Source: Eledone cirrhosa
Lineage: Eukaryota
NCBI GenBank assembly: GCA_964016885.1
Contig: OZ024742.1
Span: 232,438,001-232,502,000, forward strand
DNA: 64,000 nucleotides
Reading direction: 5' to 3'
Below are positions 25,182 through 39,941 of this stretch, piece by piece (position 1 is the first letter of the stretch; the number at the start of each line of letters is the position of its first letter). The notes beneath the pieces are model-generated. The model was not told the origin of the DNA. It worked only from the letters and a program-made list of their open reading frames with translations, and searched no databases. The position numbers and the translations under genes are program-made.

Positions 25182-27489
25182 CTACTGATCTCTCAGACTG
25201 GCTGAGGGGTCTGCATCTCGCTTACGCACTGTCATATATTTTATTGAGTGTACAGGAGAAGTTGTCATGTCTTTTAACACAAACTAGAGGGTATCCCTAA
25301 CCCTTTGTAAATGCATCATTTTGGGAAGGTGGATTAGCAGAATTATTAGAACATCAGACAAAATGCTTTGTGGTATTTAGTTATGGTTCTTTATGTTCTG
25401 AGTTCAAATCCTGTTGAGGTCAGCTTTGCCTTTCATCCTTCTGGAGTTGATAAAATAAGGTCATAGTCAAGCACTGGGTCAATCAACTTATCTTTCCTTT
25501 CAAAATAGTTTCCTTTCCACCCAAATAGTTTTATCATCAAAGTTTAGATATTTCTGAAAATAAGAAAGCCATTTTAATATATATATATTCCTTTTTTCAA
25601 TCAAATCTATCACTTCTTTTATAGTTACAGCAAGGATATAAAATACAAATTTGATGGTGTCTCTGTGATGGTGTCTCTGTGATCATATGACAAGCAAGCA
25701 ATAACAGCCAAATTCTCCTCAAGCAACACCTAACATCTTACCATTGTAAAAAAGGAAAAGGCACATTGAGTAATGTAATCTTGGATACATTGTTTGAAAA
25801 TAAGATAGGATGGTCATAGATGAAACACTTTAGTCATATGTTTGCTTAATCAGAGATGATCAGGGGCTAAACACTTTCCACTGAGAACATAGGGTAACTT
25901 GCACCTAGGGTTCTGCATGCCAGAAAACATTCTCCCACACTGTCTTGGCCTGTGTCATTGGGGTAGCAATGGTATAGGCTGTTAATATCTAAATCTCTCA
26001 ACACACATACAGTAACAGATAAACAAACATATATATTTAGGTTGGTTATTGTATATTATTATATTATTTAGTTACTCTAGTTGAATGGTAATTAGTTTCA
26101 TCAACTATCATAGGGTAATTTACACACACCTAAGATGACGGCAAATTGGCAGAGTTGTTAAGATGTCAGATAGAATGCTTTATGGTATTCCTCCTACTTC
26201 ATTGCATGCTCTGAGTTCAAATCCCGCCATGGTCAACTTTGCCTTTCAGCCTTTCCAGTATTGGGGTTGATTCTTCCTCTATAGAAAAAATCAGCTGTGT
26301 TCAGACCTGGAGAGAGTTGGGCTCCGCCAGGTTTAAATGTACCCTAGACATGCTGTACAATGGTGCCTCTACAACTCCACAAGGAGTTATGGAATCTTTA
26401 TCTTTAAGATGACAGAATACACAAGGACAAAAGAAGACATGACCAATAAGCATGGGTCCAATAGTCTCCAATAAACTACATAGATTACAAAACAGTATAC
26501 TATGCATCATCACATTGTACACAGGTCCTCTTACACAATGAAGCAAATATAATGAAATGGAAAGACTACCTGTATATGTGAGGGATACAGTTTGTTGCTG
26601 CAATAAACTGCCACCCTCACAATACATGTACTATATCATACCACAAAAAATTCCACCTCATTTGAAGTCCCTAAAACTCTTCAAAGATTATGAGGCCCCT
26701 TATAGGAAAAAGATTTTTTATGGCAAATACAATTAATTTGAATAAAATGGTGCCCCTTTTCCCTTGATGTCCTAAGCATGCATTTATTTTGCTTAATGGA
26801 TAATCCTGCTCGTACATTGATGAAAAAAGCAAAACATTTTTACAAACTTCAAAAAGTTGCCGTGGAGTAAGTTTCACTAACAGATCAAACTATGACTTTT
26901 ACAATTCAGTACCACTACAATCATCAACATAGACACTGCCAAACACATGTAACAAAAATAATTATAAATACAATTAAAAGACTTCTCTCAAAAGGAAACA
27001 TAATAAAAAGTACAATACCAATTACACACTGAAAATAGCTAACCTCATAAAAAAACAATCTTTGAAAATCACACACAACTAAATCAAAATTCAGCATCAA
27101 ATAACTTGTAGCAAAGTTATCATGAGTAAATCTGTGTATATGAAATACAGACCAAATTAGCTCTAATATCAACACTGGAAATAATTGTTTCTACTTTAGG
27201 CACAAGGCCAGCTATTTTAGGGGACGGGAAATTCGATTAAATCAACCCTAGTGCATGACTGGTACTTTATTTTATCAATAAAGTAGATGAAAGGTAAAGC
27301 TAACCTTGGTGGGATTTGAACTTAGAACGTAAAGGCCCATAACTCTATACTGCAAAGCATTTTGTCCAATGCTCTACTGGTTCTGTCAACCCCCCGATGG
27401 AAATAACGACAGCAAAAATCATGGGCATTTAAGCCCAAATCAACCTAGCTTCACTCTCTTTTGTCTCTGCTCTGTTCCCTTTCAGACAA

Positions 27490-28480
27490 TGGACAAGAGA
27501 TTTCAGCTGTAGCAGTTACCAATAGTTCAGATAAATGGTGCTAAATCGAAACCATTTGATGTGGGAGTCAGACTCCGCCAAGGGTGCATACTATCACCTC
27601 TCCTGTTCATTATTTACATGAACATGATTGACATGCGCAGCCAGGCTGGAAGTTACATCATGACTGGCGGATGTAAAATCAGTCAGCTGGATTTTGCAGA
27701 CGACATGGTGTTATTTAACTCAACAGAAGTTGATCTCTGACTTACACTCGATAGGTTTGATGCCGAGTGCTGCAAGGCTGGAATGAAGATCAGTGCTGCG
27801 AAAACTGAGACACTCGTACTCGTACAAAGAAGCCTGCGCAGTACACGCTACATGTGAATGGAGTTCCACTGAAGTAAGTGGAGAAGTTCAAGTATCTCTG
27901 GGCCGTGTTCACAAGTGATGGACAGCAGAGTGTGAATTAAGTGCAAGAATTACAAGAGCTGGTGCAGTAATGCACCAGCTTCAGCATTCAGTAATCAGAA
28001 GAAGGGAGGTAGGCATAAAAGCCAAACTCGCTATCTTCAATTTGCTATTCATGCCAACTCTTACCTATGGTCATGAATCTTGAGTAATGACCAAAAGAAT
28101 ACGACTGTGAATACAAGCAGCCAAAATAGGAGTCTTTGGAGTAACGTTACTTGATAAAATGCATAACTTGGAGATCAGAGAGTCATTCCAAGAAGAGCAG
28201 CTACTTCTCTGAATTGAGGGATCACAGCTCCAATACTATGGACATGTGGTTAGAATGTCTCAGGAAAGAATCATTGGGCAGATTTTACGGGCAAAACCAA
28301 CCGGTAGGAGACCCAAGGGTAAATCCTGAGCAAGATGGTTGGATAACATCCATGAGCTTGGCTGGTCTCACTTGAGGATCCAGCCAAATCAGTTAGAGAC
28401 GGTTGCTTCTTACAGGACCCGCTGGAAGGAGTGTTTGAGGACTACCCCGATGACCCTCTCAGGAATAAGTGGGAGAAGAA
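27490..28480 (+). mobile_element. Decayed 5'-truncated RTE-like LINE (second family), RT C-terminus + 3' end
   Basis: Translates in pieces to LRQGCILSPLLFIIYM, FADD, FKYL, LTYGHES, YYGHVVRM; GAAGAAG tail; closely related to 54270-55100. Confidence 0.88.
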
Positions 28481-30140
28481 GAAGGGAGATAATTTTAATG
28501 AAACAGTGGTTTGCAAAGTTAAAAAAAAATACTCGGCAGCTGTTTAAAAATAGCAGCTAAACCTCCCGCCACTAACATTCGCACTTCACATTTTTTCAGA
28601 AACGTTTATAAGAAAAATGGAAATTAATAAATTTGGTGCCGCGGCGACGACTAGGGGTGTTTAATTTCCTTTCAGTTTTGCAAATCAATACTCTAATAAT
28701 ATAATTTTCAGTGTGTAAATCCCTGTTTATCCAGCTTCTTTGGAACATAGAAAGAAGGGAGGCAGCAACTTTGAAGTTTTAGCTTGATAGCATCAGCTAC
28801 TGCCAGATGAAGCGCTAAGCTTAAACTTCGAAGTCACTGCCACTTTTCTGCTTAGAAAATAAATTTTTAAACTCTACACATTATTTAATCTTTGGATGTT
28901 ATAAATACTACGGTATTATTTAGTTATTAGGGCAGTGGATTGACAGAATCGGTAGAGCGTCGGCTTACATGCATAGCGGCATAGAGTTACAGCTCATTAC
29001 TTTCTGAGTTCAAATACCACCGAGGTTAGCTTTGGCTTTCATCCTTACGGGGTTGATAAAATAAAGTACCAGTAATGCACTGAGGTCGACTTTTCTCCCA
29101 AATTGCTGGCATTGTGCCTAAATCAGAAACCATTATTTAGTTACTAGATACATATCGTTGGTGTTTTGCCAGACAAAAATACAATAGAACTCCGTAAATT
29201 ACAATATAACTTAGCCGAAACATCGCCCCGATCTGTCATCCTCTCCCCTCTCTTTTTTGTGGCCTAATAGTCCTTGCTCTTTCCCTCCTTTTCTTCACAT
29301 TGATGGCATTCATAGTTTTTCCTTTTACTTTCCTTTACCGCCAGATCTGCCCCTTTACCCCCCCCCCTATTTTTTTTTTATTATTGATATAATTATGAAA
29401 ACTTACTAAATTATTTACAAAAGAAGTAAATCGATAAAAATAAGTCAACAAAAGAAAAAAGAAGGAAAGAAATGGCATATACACTCCTGCAGTTGCACGC
29501 TGCAATATCGAATGGTGGTGTTTTTCTTTAAAACTTTTTAAGACTGCGCAGAATATTTATGGTGTTAGTACCAGTTACAGCAAAGCTGAAACCTTATCTT
29601 GATACATCAGTAAGGTGAGCTGCCAACGAATCCATTCATTAGACATTGGGTATTATATAGAACACCTGCTTCGATTTCAGTGGGGAAAAACAAATTTTTC
29701 CTCACTTTTTTTTTTTTTTTTACGTGTTCTATCAACTAATCTGACCTTCTATCAACTAATCTGATGCTCGCAATCGACTTTTTTTTTCCAGGAAAACAGA
29801 GGGTGTGGGGTGGATATCTTGCCGTATCTCCCCCCCCTCCTCCTCGGAGTTTTCCCTATGATTTTACTTTTCGCATGCTAGCAACTAATCTGACTACCAA
29901 GATACTTGCAATCAGCTTTTTTCCCGGATTAGAGTTAGGCTTAGGGTTATGCATTTTCTGACTATTTTAGTGTGCAACGGGCTAAACTAATCACTTACAA
30001 CTAAATTGAACAAATTTGCCCCCCCCCCCCCCCCCCCCGTTCAAATTCAGAAATACTTCCACTGCCCCTGTTACATGAAGCACAAATAAACACAGTTAAA
30101 TTGTGTGATGCTCTGTATTAGGTAAAATGTGTATGTGTAT

Positions 30141-30303
30141 TGGCATTATCGGTAGAGGGTCTGACATGCTTTCCCTTTACGATCTGAGTTCAAATCCCGC
30201 TGAGGTTAACTTTGACTTTCATCCTTACAGGGTCGATAAAATAAAGTACCAGTAATGTACTGTGATAATTGCTGGCCTTGTGCCAAAAGAAGAAACAATT
30301 ATT
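30141..30303 (+). mobile_element. SINE family A (first copy of a head-to-tail pair, internally deleted)
   Basis: Same boxes and core as 30308-30501. Confidence 0.85.
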
Positions 30304-30307
30304 ATAG

Positions 30308-30501
30308 GGCGGTGGAGTGGCAGTATCGGTAGAGGGTCGGACGCCATGCTTTGCAGCAAAGAGTTACGACCCTTTATGGTCTGAGTTCAAATCCAGCCGA
30401 GGTTAACTTTGCCTTTCATCCTTACGGGTTCGATAAAATAAAGTACCAGTAATGTACTGGGTAATTGCTGGCCTTGTGCCAAAAAGTAGAAACAATTATT
30501 A
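30308..30501 (+). mobile_element. tRNA-derived SINE family A, full-length
   Basis: Pol III A box TGGCAGTATCGG, B box GAGTTCAAATCC, central TTTGCCTTTCATCCTTACGGGTTCGATAAAATAAAGTACCAG, tail GAAACAATTATTA; more than ten copies or fragments in the window. Confidence 0.9.
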
Positions 30502-30909
30502 AAACTGTTTTTACCAAACTTCTGTTAATGCGATGAATTTCGTTGGCCTGGTAGCAAGAAAGACAGAGAGAGAGAGAGACCACAAGGAGTCTGTGTGAGA
30601 CACTTGACCACTACATCTGCAACTGACCGCCTGACTGAGAGCAGCAAAGTGTTATCTCAAAAAACAAAAAATCACTAGTTGGCCAGTCTTTCTGAACTGG
30701 CGCCAGTTTGAGACAAATAAAAACTGAACATCAACGTCAGCATGTGATCACTTTGCCAAGAGTTCAAATTACTGTTACACAATTGTCTTTAATTTTCAGT
30801 TGATGATCGATCACTTCTGCAGAAATCTTCGAGATGAGCCACCCCGATAGTACAAATAGGTCAGACTAGGAGTTTGTCTGAGTTCTAGGTGCAACATTTC
30901 GCATATTAC

Positions 30910-31198
30910 TAAAGGCATAACTAGGGAAAATAGCACCTATGGCAAGCAGTGAAATTGCGCCCCTGCCCATCACTGTATTTTTACCTATGGGCCTAATAAT
31001 TTATATAAATGTTTTAATGATCAAGCCACCATAGTGTTCTCACCCATGATAATCAGAGATTGATCATACATCTGAAGGAGTTTCTTTTATCACTCTCCGA
31101 CGAGGCTTATTTGACTTTAATAGAACGTGCTCCTAGTGCAAGTGGCACCCCCTTCATGTGACGTCCATGGCAATTGCCATACCTTAGTTACGCCTCTG
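30910..31198. mobile_element. hAT-like MITE
   Basis: Imperfect TIRs TAAAGGCATAACTAGG / CCTTAGTTACGCCTCTG; 8-bp TSD CATATTAC / CATAATAC with one mismatch. Confidence 0.7.
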
Positions 31199-32894
31199 CA
31201 TAATACACATAGTCCAGTAATTTCTTGCTGGTTGTTATTATCTAATGCTCTTGACAACTTTCCCCACAACAATGTTTGCGCTGTGTGCATTGGCAATAAT
31301 CCATGAGGTCTCAAACCATTGTATATCACCTTTTAGCAGTAATTGTGTAATTGAATATAATTAATTGTTTTAGTATATGTTGGCGTGAGGGCTTGGTTGC
31401 TGTTTGAATGAAGTGAAATTAATTCGAGTAAATTGGGTTATACCCAAGATCACTTGGTTAGCATATTTTGAAATCCTTGGCAAAATCTCATCATATTCAC
31501 TCGATTTTGATATTGACGAAAAGTGAACAGAGAAAAAAAATGAAGGTATATATTGAATACAAATAGAGGTATTTATTCGTCAACTTGAGATTTGAAACGA
31601 CGTTCAACGCAGCCGACTTGAGTTGAGCTTGATATACCCCTTGGTTTCATCATAACTTTGTCCGTCGATGACGCCATGGCTATATTGTTCGTACTGTTGT
31701 GATAAATTCGCTACACACTGAATCTTGAAGTTAGCACCAACCTCAGCCAGCGACATTTGACTGAATTACTTTCTGCTTGGAAGCGTACATAAAGGGATGA
31801 TCACCATAGACAATCTTACAATAAAATAAATTTGAAAGCAGAACAGTTAAATCGAAGTTGGATTGTAATGTATCGTTTTCGTTGAAAGTCCCCGGTCTCC
31901 GAACTGCCGTTTTCTACCGCAAAATAAGGTGGAGTGTATGCGTCATGAAGAAAGAGCCCCTTGAAATAGAGTGGCTGATGCAGTGGGTGTCGTTGGCTGT
32001 TTTCCACAGCAATTCTTTGGCCATTTTGTCCGTGTTGCATAGCTGAGACATACCTGCTAGACTGAGGTGTAGGGTGTGCAGCTCCCTTCCCTCTACTTTC
32101 GCTATTTATTTATTTATTTATTTTTCTTGCTATTGTATTATTATTTTGAACCTCGTAAAAGTAGTCCCCGTCATAAAAAAGGAAGGCGGTGGGGAAAAGT
32201 AATTAGATCTTACAACATTTGTTGAGGGAGATGTGTATAAGTAGTAAGTGTTAAAAAGACGAAATGGATTGTTGTTAAACGAAAAACGAGTTAGTTTTGT
32301 GTCCGTCCTAAATATTCCTAGACGAAAAAATAAGATGCACGCGCCTGGAGCGCTTTTGATCATAGGTCTGTTTAACAAGTGTATAAAATAGACTGAACAG
32401 CGTCTCTTTACGCCCAATATGTTTTATAGTAGTTTTAAAAAGATCTATTTCAGCGACTATATCATGTTTTTAATTTGCAAAGGTACAAATCATTAAAAAA
32501 AAAAATAATCAAATAGTCAGAAAGGAGAAAAAAAAAAAAAAAGACCTGCCCACTCAATTATTACACTGCAACAAGTAATGCAATTCTAAGTTCAAATTGT
32601 GTTCATATCAACTTTGCTTTTCCGAAGTCGATAAAATAAGTACGATCCGATGAATTGAATACAAAGGGTGGGGCCGATGTTAGACTATAGTCTTGAAACC
32701 AGTACCCCGGTATGGTTACAGTCCAATGACTGGAACCGGTTTCATCTTAATTTTTTTTTAAATGTTTTTTTAAGGAAAATAAACGAAAATATTATGAAGG
32801 AAAAATGTAAAATAAGCTTGATGAAACCCATATATAAAATTTATAAATGATTTGTATTCTATTTAATGGGAGTTGATTTGTGGGGTTATACCGG

Positions 32895-32935
32895 TAGTTC
32901 CAATAGAAGTAATAGAGCGAGACACACGTCATAGC
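32895..32935 (+). promoter_or_regulatory. Putative ACSS2 proximal promoter motifs (CCAAT, CACGTCA)
   Basis: CCAAT at 32900-32904 and a CRE/E-box-like CACGTCA at ~32925-32931, about 270-300 bp upstream of the ATG in a CpG-retaining region; motif match only. Confidence 0.25.
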
Positions 32936-33199
32936 TTTATACGCTCCCCAACTTCTACTGCTACTTTAACACTACCTCCCAAATTCTTCTAATCATCCGT
33001 CTTCTCTTCGTTCTGTTTATCTATTTATTGACAGTCACCACTTTCAATGCACACCGGCTTTATTTTAGACCGTGAATGATGTCAATTTTTTTTTAGATAA
33101 ATTATTCGATTAGCTATTGTTAAACTGTGTATGCAACCTATAATTACCTTATTTAGACGTTAAATTTTAAAGTACAATAATCGGATATCTTGTGGAGCT

Positions 33200-33501
33200 A
33201 TGGCGAACCAGGTATTCTTACCCCCTTCTAATTTAAAATGCTCTGCTCACGTCAACAGCATGGATAAATACAAACAAATGTATCAGCAATCCATTGCTGA
33301 TCCAGGATCATTCTGGGGCGAAATTGCCAAAGATTTGTATTGGGAATCTCAACCGACTGGTAAATTTTTGGATTATAACTTCGATCATAACACAGGACCG
33401 ATCTTCGTTAAGTGGATGCAAGGTGCTAAGACAAATGTCGCTTATAATGCTTTGGACCGTCACATCGAAAATGGAAAAGGCGATACGATTGCGTTTTATT
33501 G
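33200..33501 (+). CDS. ACSS2: Acetyl-CoA synthetase, cytosolic type, coding exon 1
   Basis: MANQVFLPP...SAHVNSMDKYKQMYQQSIADPGSFWGEIAKDLYW...FLDYNFD...IFVKWMQGAKTNVAYNALDRH...GDTIAFYW matches the ACSS2/AcsA N-terminus; donor TG|GTAAGA at 33502; no obvious mitochondrial presequence. Confidence 0.95.
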
Positions 33502-34413
33502 GTAAGAGTATTAACAATATTCATTTTGCTTTATTAAATTGTATTAATTGAAATTTTAACTATTTTATGATAGCGCTTACACATGACTATTGTAATCGAT
33601 TTTCTTAGATCTTCACCTTGCAAGTTAAAGGCTGAATCTTATTCTGTATTTAATCGTTAGCTTTTAACTTATCTGTCTGTCTATCTATATGTATGAGTGA
33701 TTATATATATATAACGCAAAAATAACTGCGCCTTTCAGTCTTAATTTTTTTTTTTTTAAACTAAATGACTGAATTTCGTTTCCTTGTAAGGTAATTTCTA
33801 TGAAGAAACTAGTAACATCTGCATTATTAGATCGAAATCCGCTTTCCGTTTTGCGCTTAAGTGATATAAATACTTCGCTCTTATATATATCCAATAATCA
33901 CTATTAATAATATGATTCTTTTATTCATAGTTGTATACATAATATGATAATTGTTTCTTTCATTGATCAGGAGATTTTGAAGGAGTTGTGACACTCATAT
34001 TTCCCCCCGAGGTTAGAATAATTATCATGACGATTATAATGTTTATACAATTTTCTTTTTATCCTAAAATTAATAAACGGGATTGATGTTAAGATGAAAA
34101 TGAAATTACAAATATCAGTTGAAAATCTATTGCCCAAAGTGTCGATGCACGAGTTCATTATTATAGAGGCTAATAATAATAATAATGATGATGATGATTA
34201 CTGTAATAATGTATTCAGACGAAATATCTACAGGTACTTTATTTACGAATTAATAAATCTCGTAAAAATGCTTTCTTTCGTATGGACTGATTATCGTTAT
34301 CCTTAGTAGTGTCTGCTGCTACTATCTAATCGTTGTTTAAAAATTATGCATAAACATTAGGAGACATCACTGGATGTGTGAGCGATAAAGACACCCACGC
34401 AAAAACCATCGCG

Positions 34414-34486
<73 letters not shown>

Positions 34487-34806
34487 ATATATAAATGAAA
34501 GGTATAGAAATTGTTTTAGCGAGAAGCTAACAGTATTCCATAACATATATATATATAACATATATATATATATATTGTAGGAAATGGCCTTAATAGTGAT
34601 GTGTATATATATATAATTTATAATAAATTCGAAGATTAAAATCCAAAGAGGACTCGATAAGGATAAATATATATGAAATATATGAGAACCCTAGAGCAAA
34701 TATTCATTAAAATAGCAGATTAAAGTTTAAGCAAACAATCGCTGATTCTTTGCTTAAACTTTAATATATATATATAATTTATATATATATATATAAATTA
34801 TATATA

Positions 34807-37048
34807 TCATCATCATCACCCTTTATTGTCCATTTTTCCACGCTGGCGTGGGTTAGACGCGCTGTCCCGTTTGAGGCAAGTTGGGTCAGGTGATCGTGTT
34901 CTGCTCACATGAAACTGTTTCTGGCTCGATTTCTACGGCAGGATGCCCTTCCTAACGCCAACCACATTTACAGTGTGTGCTAGGTGCTTTCTGTTATGAC
35001 ACCTACACGACCAGTTTACAGTGTGGACTGTGTGCTTTTGACCGTGACGCCATCACGACTGCTTTACAGTGAGTTGGGCGTTTTTTGTTGTCGCCATCAC
35101 GACCACTTTACAGAGTGGGCTGGAGGTTTCACTGGATGTATGCTACAGCCTGTCCTCATGAGTGATGTATGAGTGGGTGGGTGGGGTGTTGCATACTATA
35201 TATATGTATGCTTCAGCTTCAGCCTGTATTACTGCGTAACACCAGAGCTCCTGGTCCTGTGTCATTGTCTTTGAGAGGTGCAATTGAGCAAGGTCAGCTT
35301 TTATCACCTCATCCCAAGTCTACCTGGGTTCCCCCACTCCAAGGCTTCCATCGATTTTGAACCCTCTGCACCTTTTTATACAGCTGTCATCCTTCATAAG
35401 CATCACATCCCCATACTAACAGTCTCCTCTCCTCACACTATATCCAATTCCTCTTATGCCTAGTTTCTCTCTCAGTTCGTTTATGCTTTGCCTTTTACTT
35501 AAATTATTATTACACATCCAACGGAACATGCAAGCTTCATTTCTTTCCAATTTACGCAAGTCTTCTGCACACAGTGCCCAGGTCTCACTACCATGCAACA
35601 TTGTTGTTTGTATGCATGCATCATACAGTCTGCCTTTTATTTTTAGGGAAAAGCCTTATGTAGCTAGCAGTGGTAGTAGCTCCTTGAACTTCTATTTTGT
35701 TCACATTCTGGCTACTGTACTTTCAGAACACCCACCTCTGCAGCTAATTTAGTCACCCAGATAGCTGTCTACTGTGTCTACTTAGCCTTCCAGGAATTTG
35801 ATAGTGCTTGTTTCCTGTGGCCGTTTGCTGTTTACTGCCCCGGTGCAGTGGCTACATGTAAAACCTAATTTATAGCTAAACTTCCCGAGATCCCACTACA
35901 TCTCTTGTGTACCCATAGATTGCATTTGGGACAGAGAATGGAATATCTGCCTACACACTGAGCAAGGATATTTCCCCGAGGGGATCAGGGCTCTGTTTTC
36001 TCTTTTACTTACTAGGACCTTAGTCTTTGTCAGATTGACATTAAGACCCCTTGTTTCTAGGCCCTGCTTCCATGTTTGGAATTTCTTTTCTAGTTCCACC
36101 ATAGACTCCGCTATGAGTGTAATGTCATCCACATAAAGAGTTCTCATGGGCAGCCAGTCTTAAAATCCTTTTTTATAGCCTGCAGTATGATGATAAACAG
36201 GAAAGGGCTAAGAACAGAGCCCTGGTGGATACCAACCTGCACACTATAGTCATTAAGCCTAACATTGCTGACTGCTCCCTTCTGCACACTATATTCCTCG
36301 CTATAGTCATTAAGCTTAACATTGCTGACTGCTCCCTTATACATGGCTTGTACAGCCTTCAGAAGCCACTCATCTGCTTCTAGTTTTCTCAGAGCCCACC
36401 AGATTATGGCATAGGGCATTCTGTCAAAAGCTTTCTCCAGATCAACATGCCAGGTAGAGCAGCTTAATTTTAGCTAAGTACTTTTCCTGTAACTGCTTCA
36501 CCAGGAAGTGAGCATCTTTGGTGCTTTTGCCTGGTACAAATCTGAACTGTATCTCATCTAGATTTACCCGGTCCCTAATCAGCTGTGCTATAACTCTTTC
36601 TGTTACTTTCATGACCTGGTCCATCCACTTGATACCGCTATAGTTTCCTCTATCTAGTGCATCTCCTTTACACTTGTAGCAATTGACAAAGATGCTGCTG
36701 CGCCAATCATTTGGTATGACATCATTTAGTATTACTTGGTTTACAATGCAAGTGGTTAAGGTGTGATCTACCAACCCGGATGCTTTCAGCATCTCAGCAA
36801 CTATTCCCAAAGGACTGGCTGCTTTCCCAGTCTTTATATCCTTAATTGCCTTACTTACTACACTGTTGCTGATTAGTACAGCTTGGCCCTCTGTAGGGTC
36901 CACTTGGTTTAGGGACTCTTTCTCCCATGCATTCTGCTCATTCGGTAATCTTTCATAATGGCTCGTCCACGCAGCTTTCTTTTTGGCACCTGGGTGGGCA
37001 AGTGCACCTTTATCATCTCGGACACACTTCTCACCAGTGACATCACTG
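34807..37048 (-). mobile_element. Decayed 5'-truncated RTE LINE (same group as 41746-45062)
   Basis: ORFs 36442..37065, 36144..36419, 35896..36147 and 35416..35601 are co-linear with the RTE RT; (CAT)n tail at 34807 adjoining (TA)n. Confidence 0.95.
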
Positions 37049-37119
37049 ATAGTACATTTAAGCATACATATGCTGAATCTCCCTGAGAATTACATCTAAG
37101 CATACACATGCTGAATCTC

Positions 37120-37238
37120 CCATCAATTGAAGAATAAATGGAATTTAGAATAACTAATTTCTATACTAGATGTTTTGCTTTCTTCTTATATATAAGGACC
37201 ATTTTCATTCCCGGGCAAAGCCGGGTACCTCTGCTAGT
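37120..37238 (+). mobile_element. Helitron-like 3' terminus fragment
   Basis: CCCGGGCAAAGCCGGG hairpin followed by CTGCTAG|T, the same layout as 41537-41566; the 5' boundary is not defined. Confidence 0.55.
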
Positions 37239-37344
37239 ATATATATATATATATATATATACTACTAAAACTCTGATTTTGATTGGTTGCTTGCTTGCTT
37301 GCACACACTTTCTCTATATATATATTTTCATATTTGTGTATATA

Positions 37345-38264
37345 CAGGTTGTCCCCCCCAAAATGTATACCCACTTTGATTGCCTATACATGCATTATTT
37401 GTTAGGATGGTGTATACATTGTTAGGGACCCCGGTATTATTACATATATATATATATATAGTGTCCCCTAAAAATGTGTACACACTTTGATTACCTGTAC
37501 AGGCAATATATATATTAGAATGGTGTATACATTTTTAGGGACCCCGGTATATATATATATATGGTGTCCCCGAAAAATGTATACACACTTTGATTACCTG
37601 TACAGGCAATATATATATTAGAAAGATGTATACATTTTTAGGGACCCCGGTATATATATATATATGGTGTGCCCGAAAAATGTATACACACTTTGATTAC
37701 CTGTACAGGCAATATATATATTAGAATGGTGTATACATTTTTAGGGACCCCGGTATATATATAGTGTCCCCGAAAAATGTATACACACTTTGATTATCTG
37801 TACAGGCAATATATATATTAGAATATTGTATACATTTTTAGGGACCCCGGTATATATATATATATATATATATATAGTGTCCCGGAAAAATGTAAACACA
37901 CTTTGATTACCTGTACAGGCAATATATATATTAGAATGGTGTATACATTTTTAGGGACCCCGGTATATATATATATATGGTGTCCCCGAAAAATGTATAC
38001 ACACTTTGATTACCTGTACAGGCAATATATATATTAGAAAGATGTATACATTTTTAGGGACCCCGGTATATATATATATATGGTGTGCCCGAAAAATGTA
38101 TACACACTTTGATTACCTGTACAGGCAATATATATATTAGAATGGTGTATACATTTTTAGGGACCCCGGTATATATATAGTGTCCCCGAAAAATGTATAC
38201 ACACTTTGATTATCTGTACAGGCAATATATATATTAGAATATTGTATACATTTTTAGGGACCCC

Positions 38265-38299
<35 letters not shown>

Positions 38300-39339
38300 T
38301 GTCCCGGAAAAATGTAAACACACTTTGATTACCTGTACAACCAATATATATATTAAAATGGTGTATATATTTTTCAGGACCCAGGTATATATATATATGG
38401 TTTCCCCGAAAAATGTATACACACTTTGATTACCTGTACAGGCAATATATATATTAGAATGGTGTATACATTTTTAGGGACCCCGGTATATATATGGTTT
38501 CCCCGAAAAATGTATACACACTTTGATTACCTGTACAGGCAATATATATATTAGAATGGTGTATACATTTTTAGGGACCCCGGTATATATATGGTTTCCC
38601 CGAAAAATGTATACACACTTTGATTACCTGTACAGGCAATATATATATTAGAATGGTGTATACATTTTTAGGGACCCCGGTATATATATGGTTTCCCCGA
38701 AAAATGTATACACACTTTGATTACCTGTAGAGGCAATATATATATTAGAATGGTGTATACATTTTTAGGGACACCGGTATATATATATATATGGTGTCCC
38801 GGAAAAATGTATACACACTTTGATTACCTGTAGAGGCAATATATATATTAGAATGGTGTATACATTTTTAGGGACACCGGTATATATATATATATGGTGT
38901 CCCGGAAAAATGTATACACACTTTGATTACTTGTACAACCAATATATATATTAGAATGGTGTATATATATATATGGTGTCCCGGAAAAATGTATACACAC
39001 TTTAATTACTTGTACAACCAATATATATATTAGAATGGTATATATATATATGGTGTCCCGGAAAAATGTATACACACTTTGATTACCTGTACAACCAATA
39101 TATTATATATTAGAATGGTGTATACATTTTTCAGGACCCTATATATATATGGTTTCCCCGAAAAATGTATACACACTTTGATTACCTGTACAGGCAATAT
39201 ATATATTAGAATGGTGTATACATTTTTAGGGACACCGGTATATATATATATATGGTGTCCCGGAAAAATGTATACACACTTTGATTACCTGTACAGGCAA
39301 TATATATATTAGAATGGTGTATACATTTTTAGGGACCCC

Positions 39340-39392
<53 letters not shown>

Positions 39393-39900
39393 TGTCCCCG
39401 AAAAATGTATACACACTTTGATTACCTGTACAGGCAATATATATATTAGAATGGTGTATACATTTTTAGGGACACCGGTATATATATATATATATATGGT
39501 GTCCCCGAAAAATGTATACACACTTTGATTACCTGTACAGGCAATATATATATTAGAATGGTGTATACATTTTTAGGGACACCGGTATATATATATATAT
39601 ATGGTGTCCCGGAAAAATGTATACACACTTTGATTACTTGTACAACCAATATATATATTAGAATGGTGTATACATTTTTCAGGACCCAGGTATATATATA
39701 TATATATGGTGTCCCCGAAAAATGTATACACACTTTGATTACCTGTACAGGCAATATATATATTTGAATGGTGTATACATTTTTAGAGACCCCGGTATAT
39801 ATATATATATATATGGTGTCCCCGAAAAATGTATACACACTTTGATTACCTGTACAGGCAATATATATATTAGAATCGTGTATACATTTTTAGGGACACC

Positions 39901-39941
<41 letters not shown>

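Noticed and set aside
26301-27175. Cluster of minus-strand ORFs of 68-108 aa
   Set aside because: No recognisable motifs or convincing splice structure; probably old decayed repeat.
30308-30400. A and B boxes suggesting a tRNA gene
   Set aside because: Box spacing is too long, no cloverleaf forms, and the sequence continues into a multi-copy SINE body.
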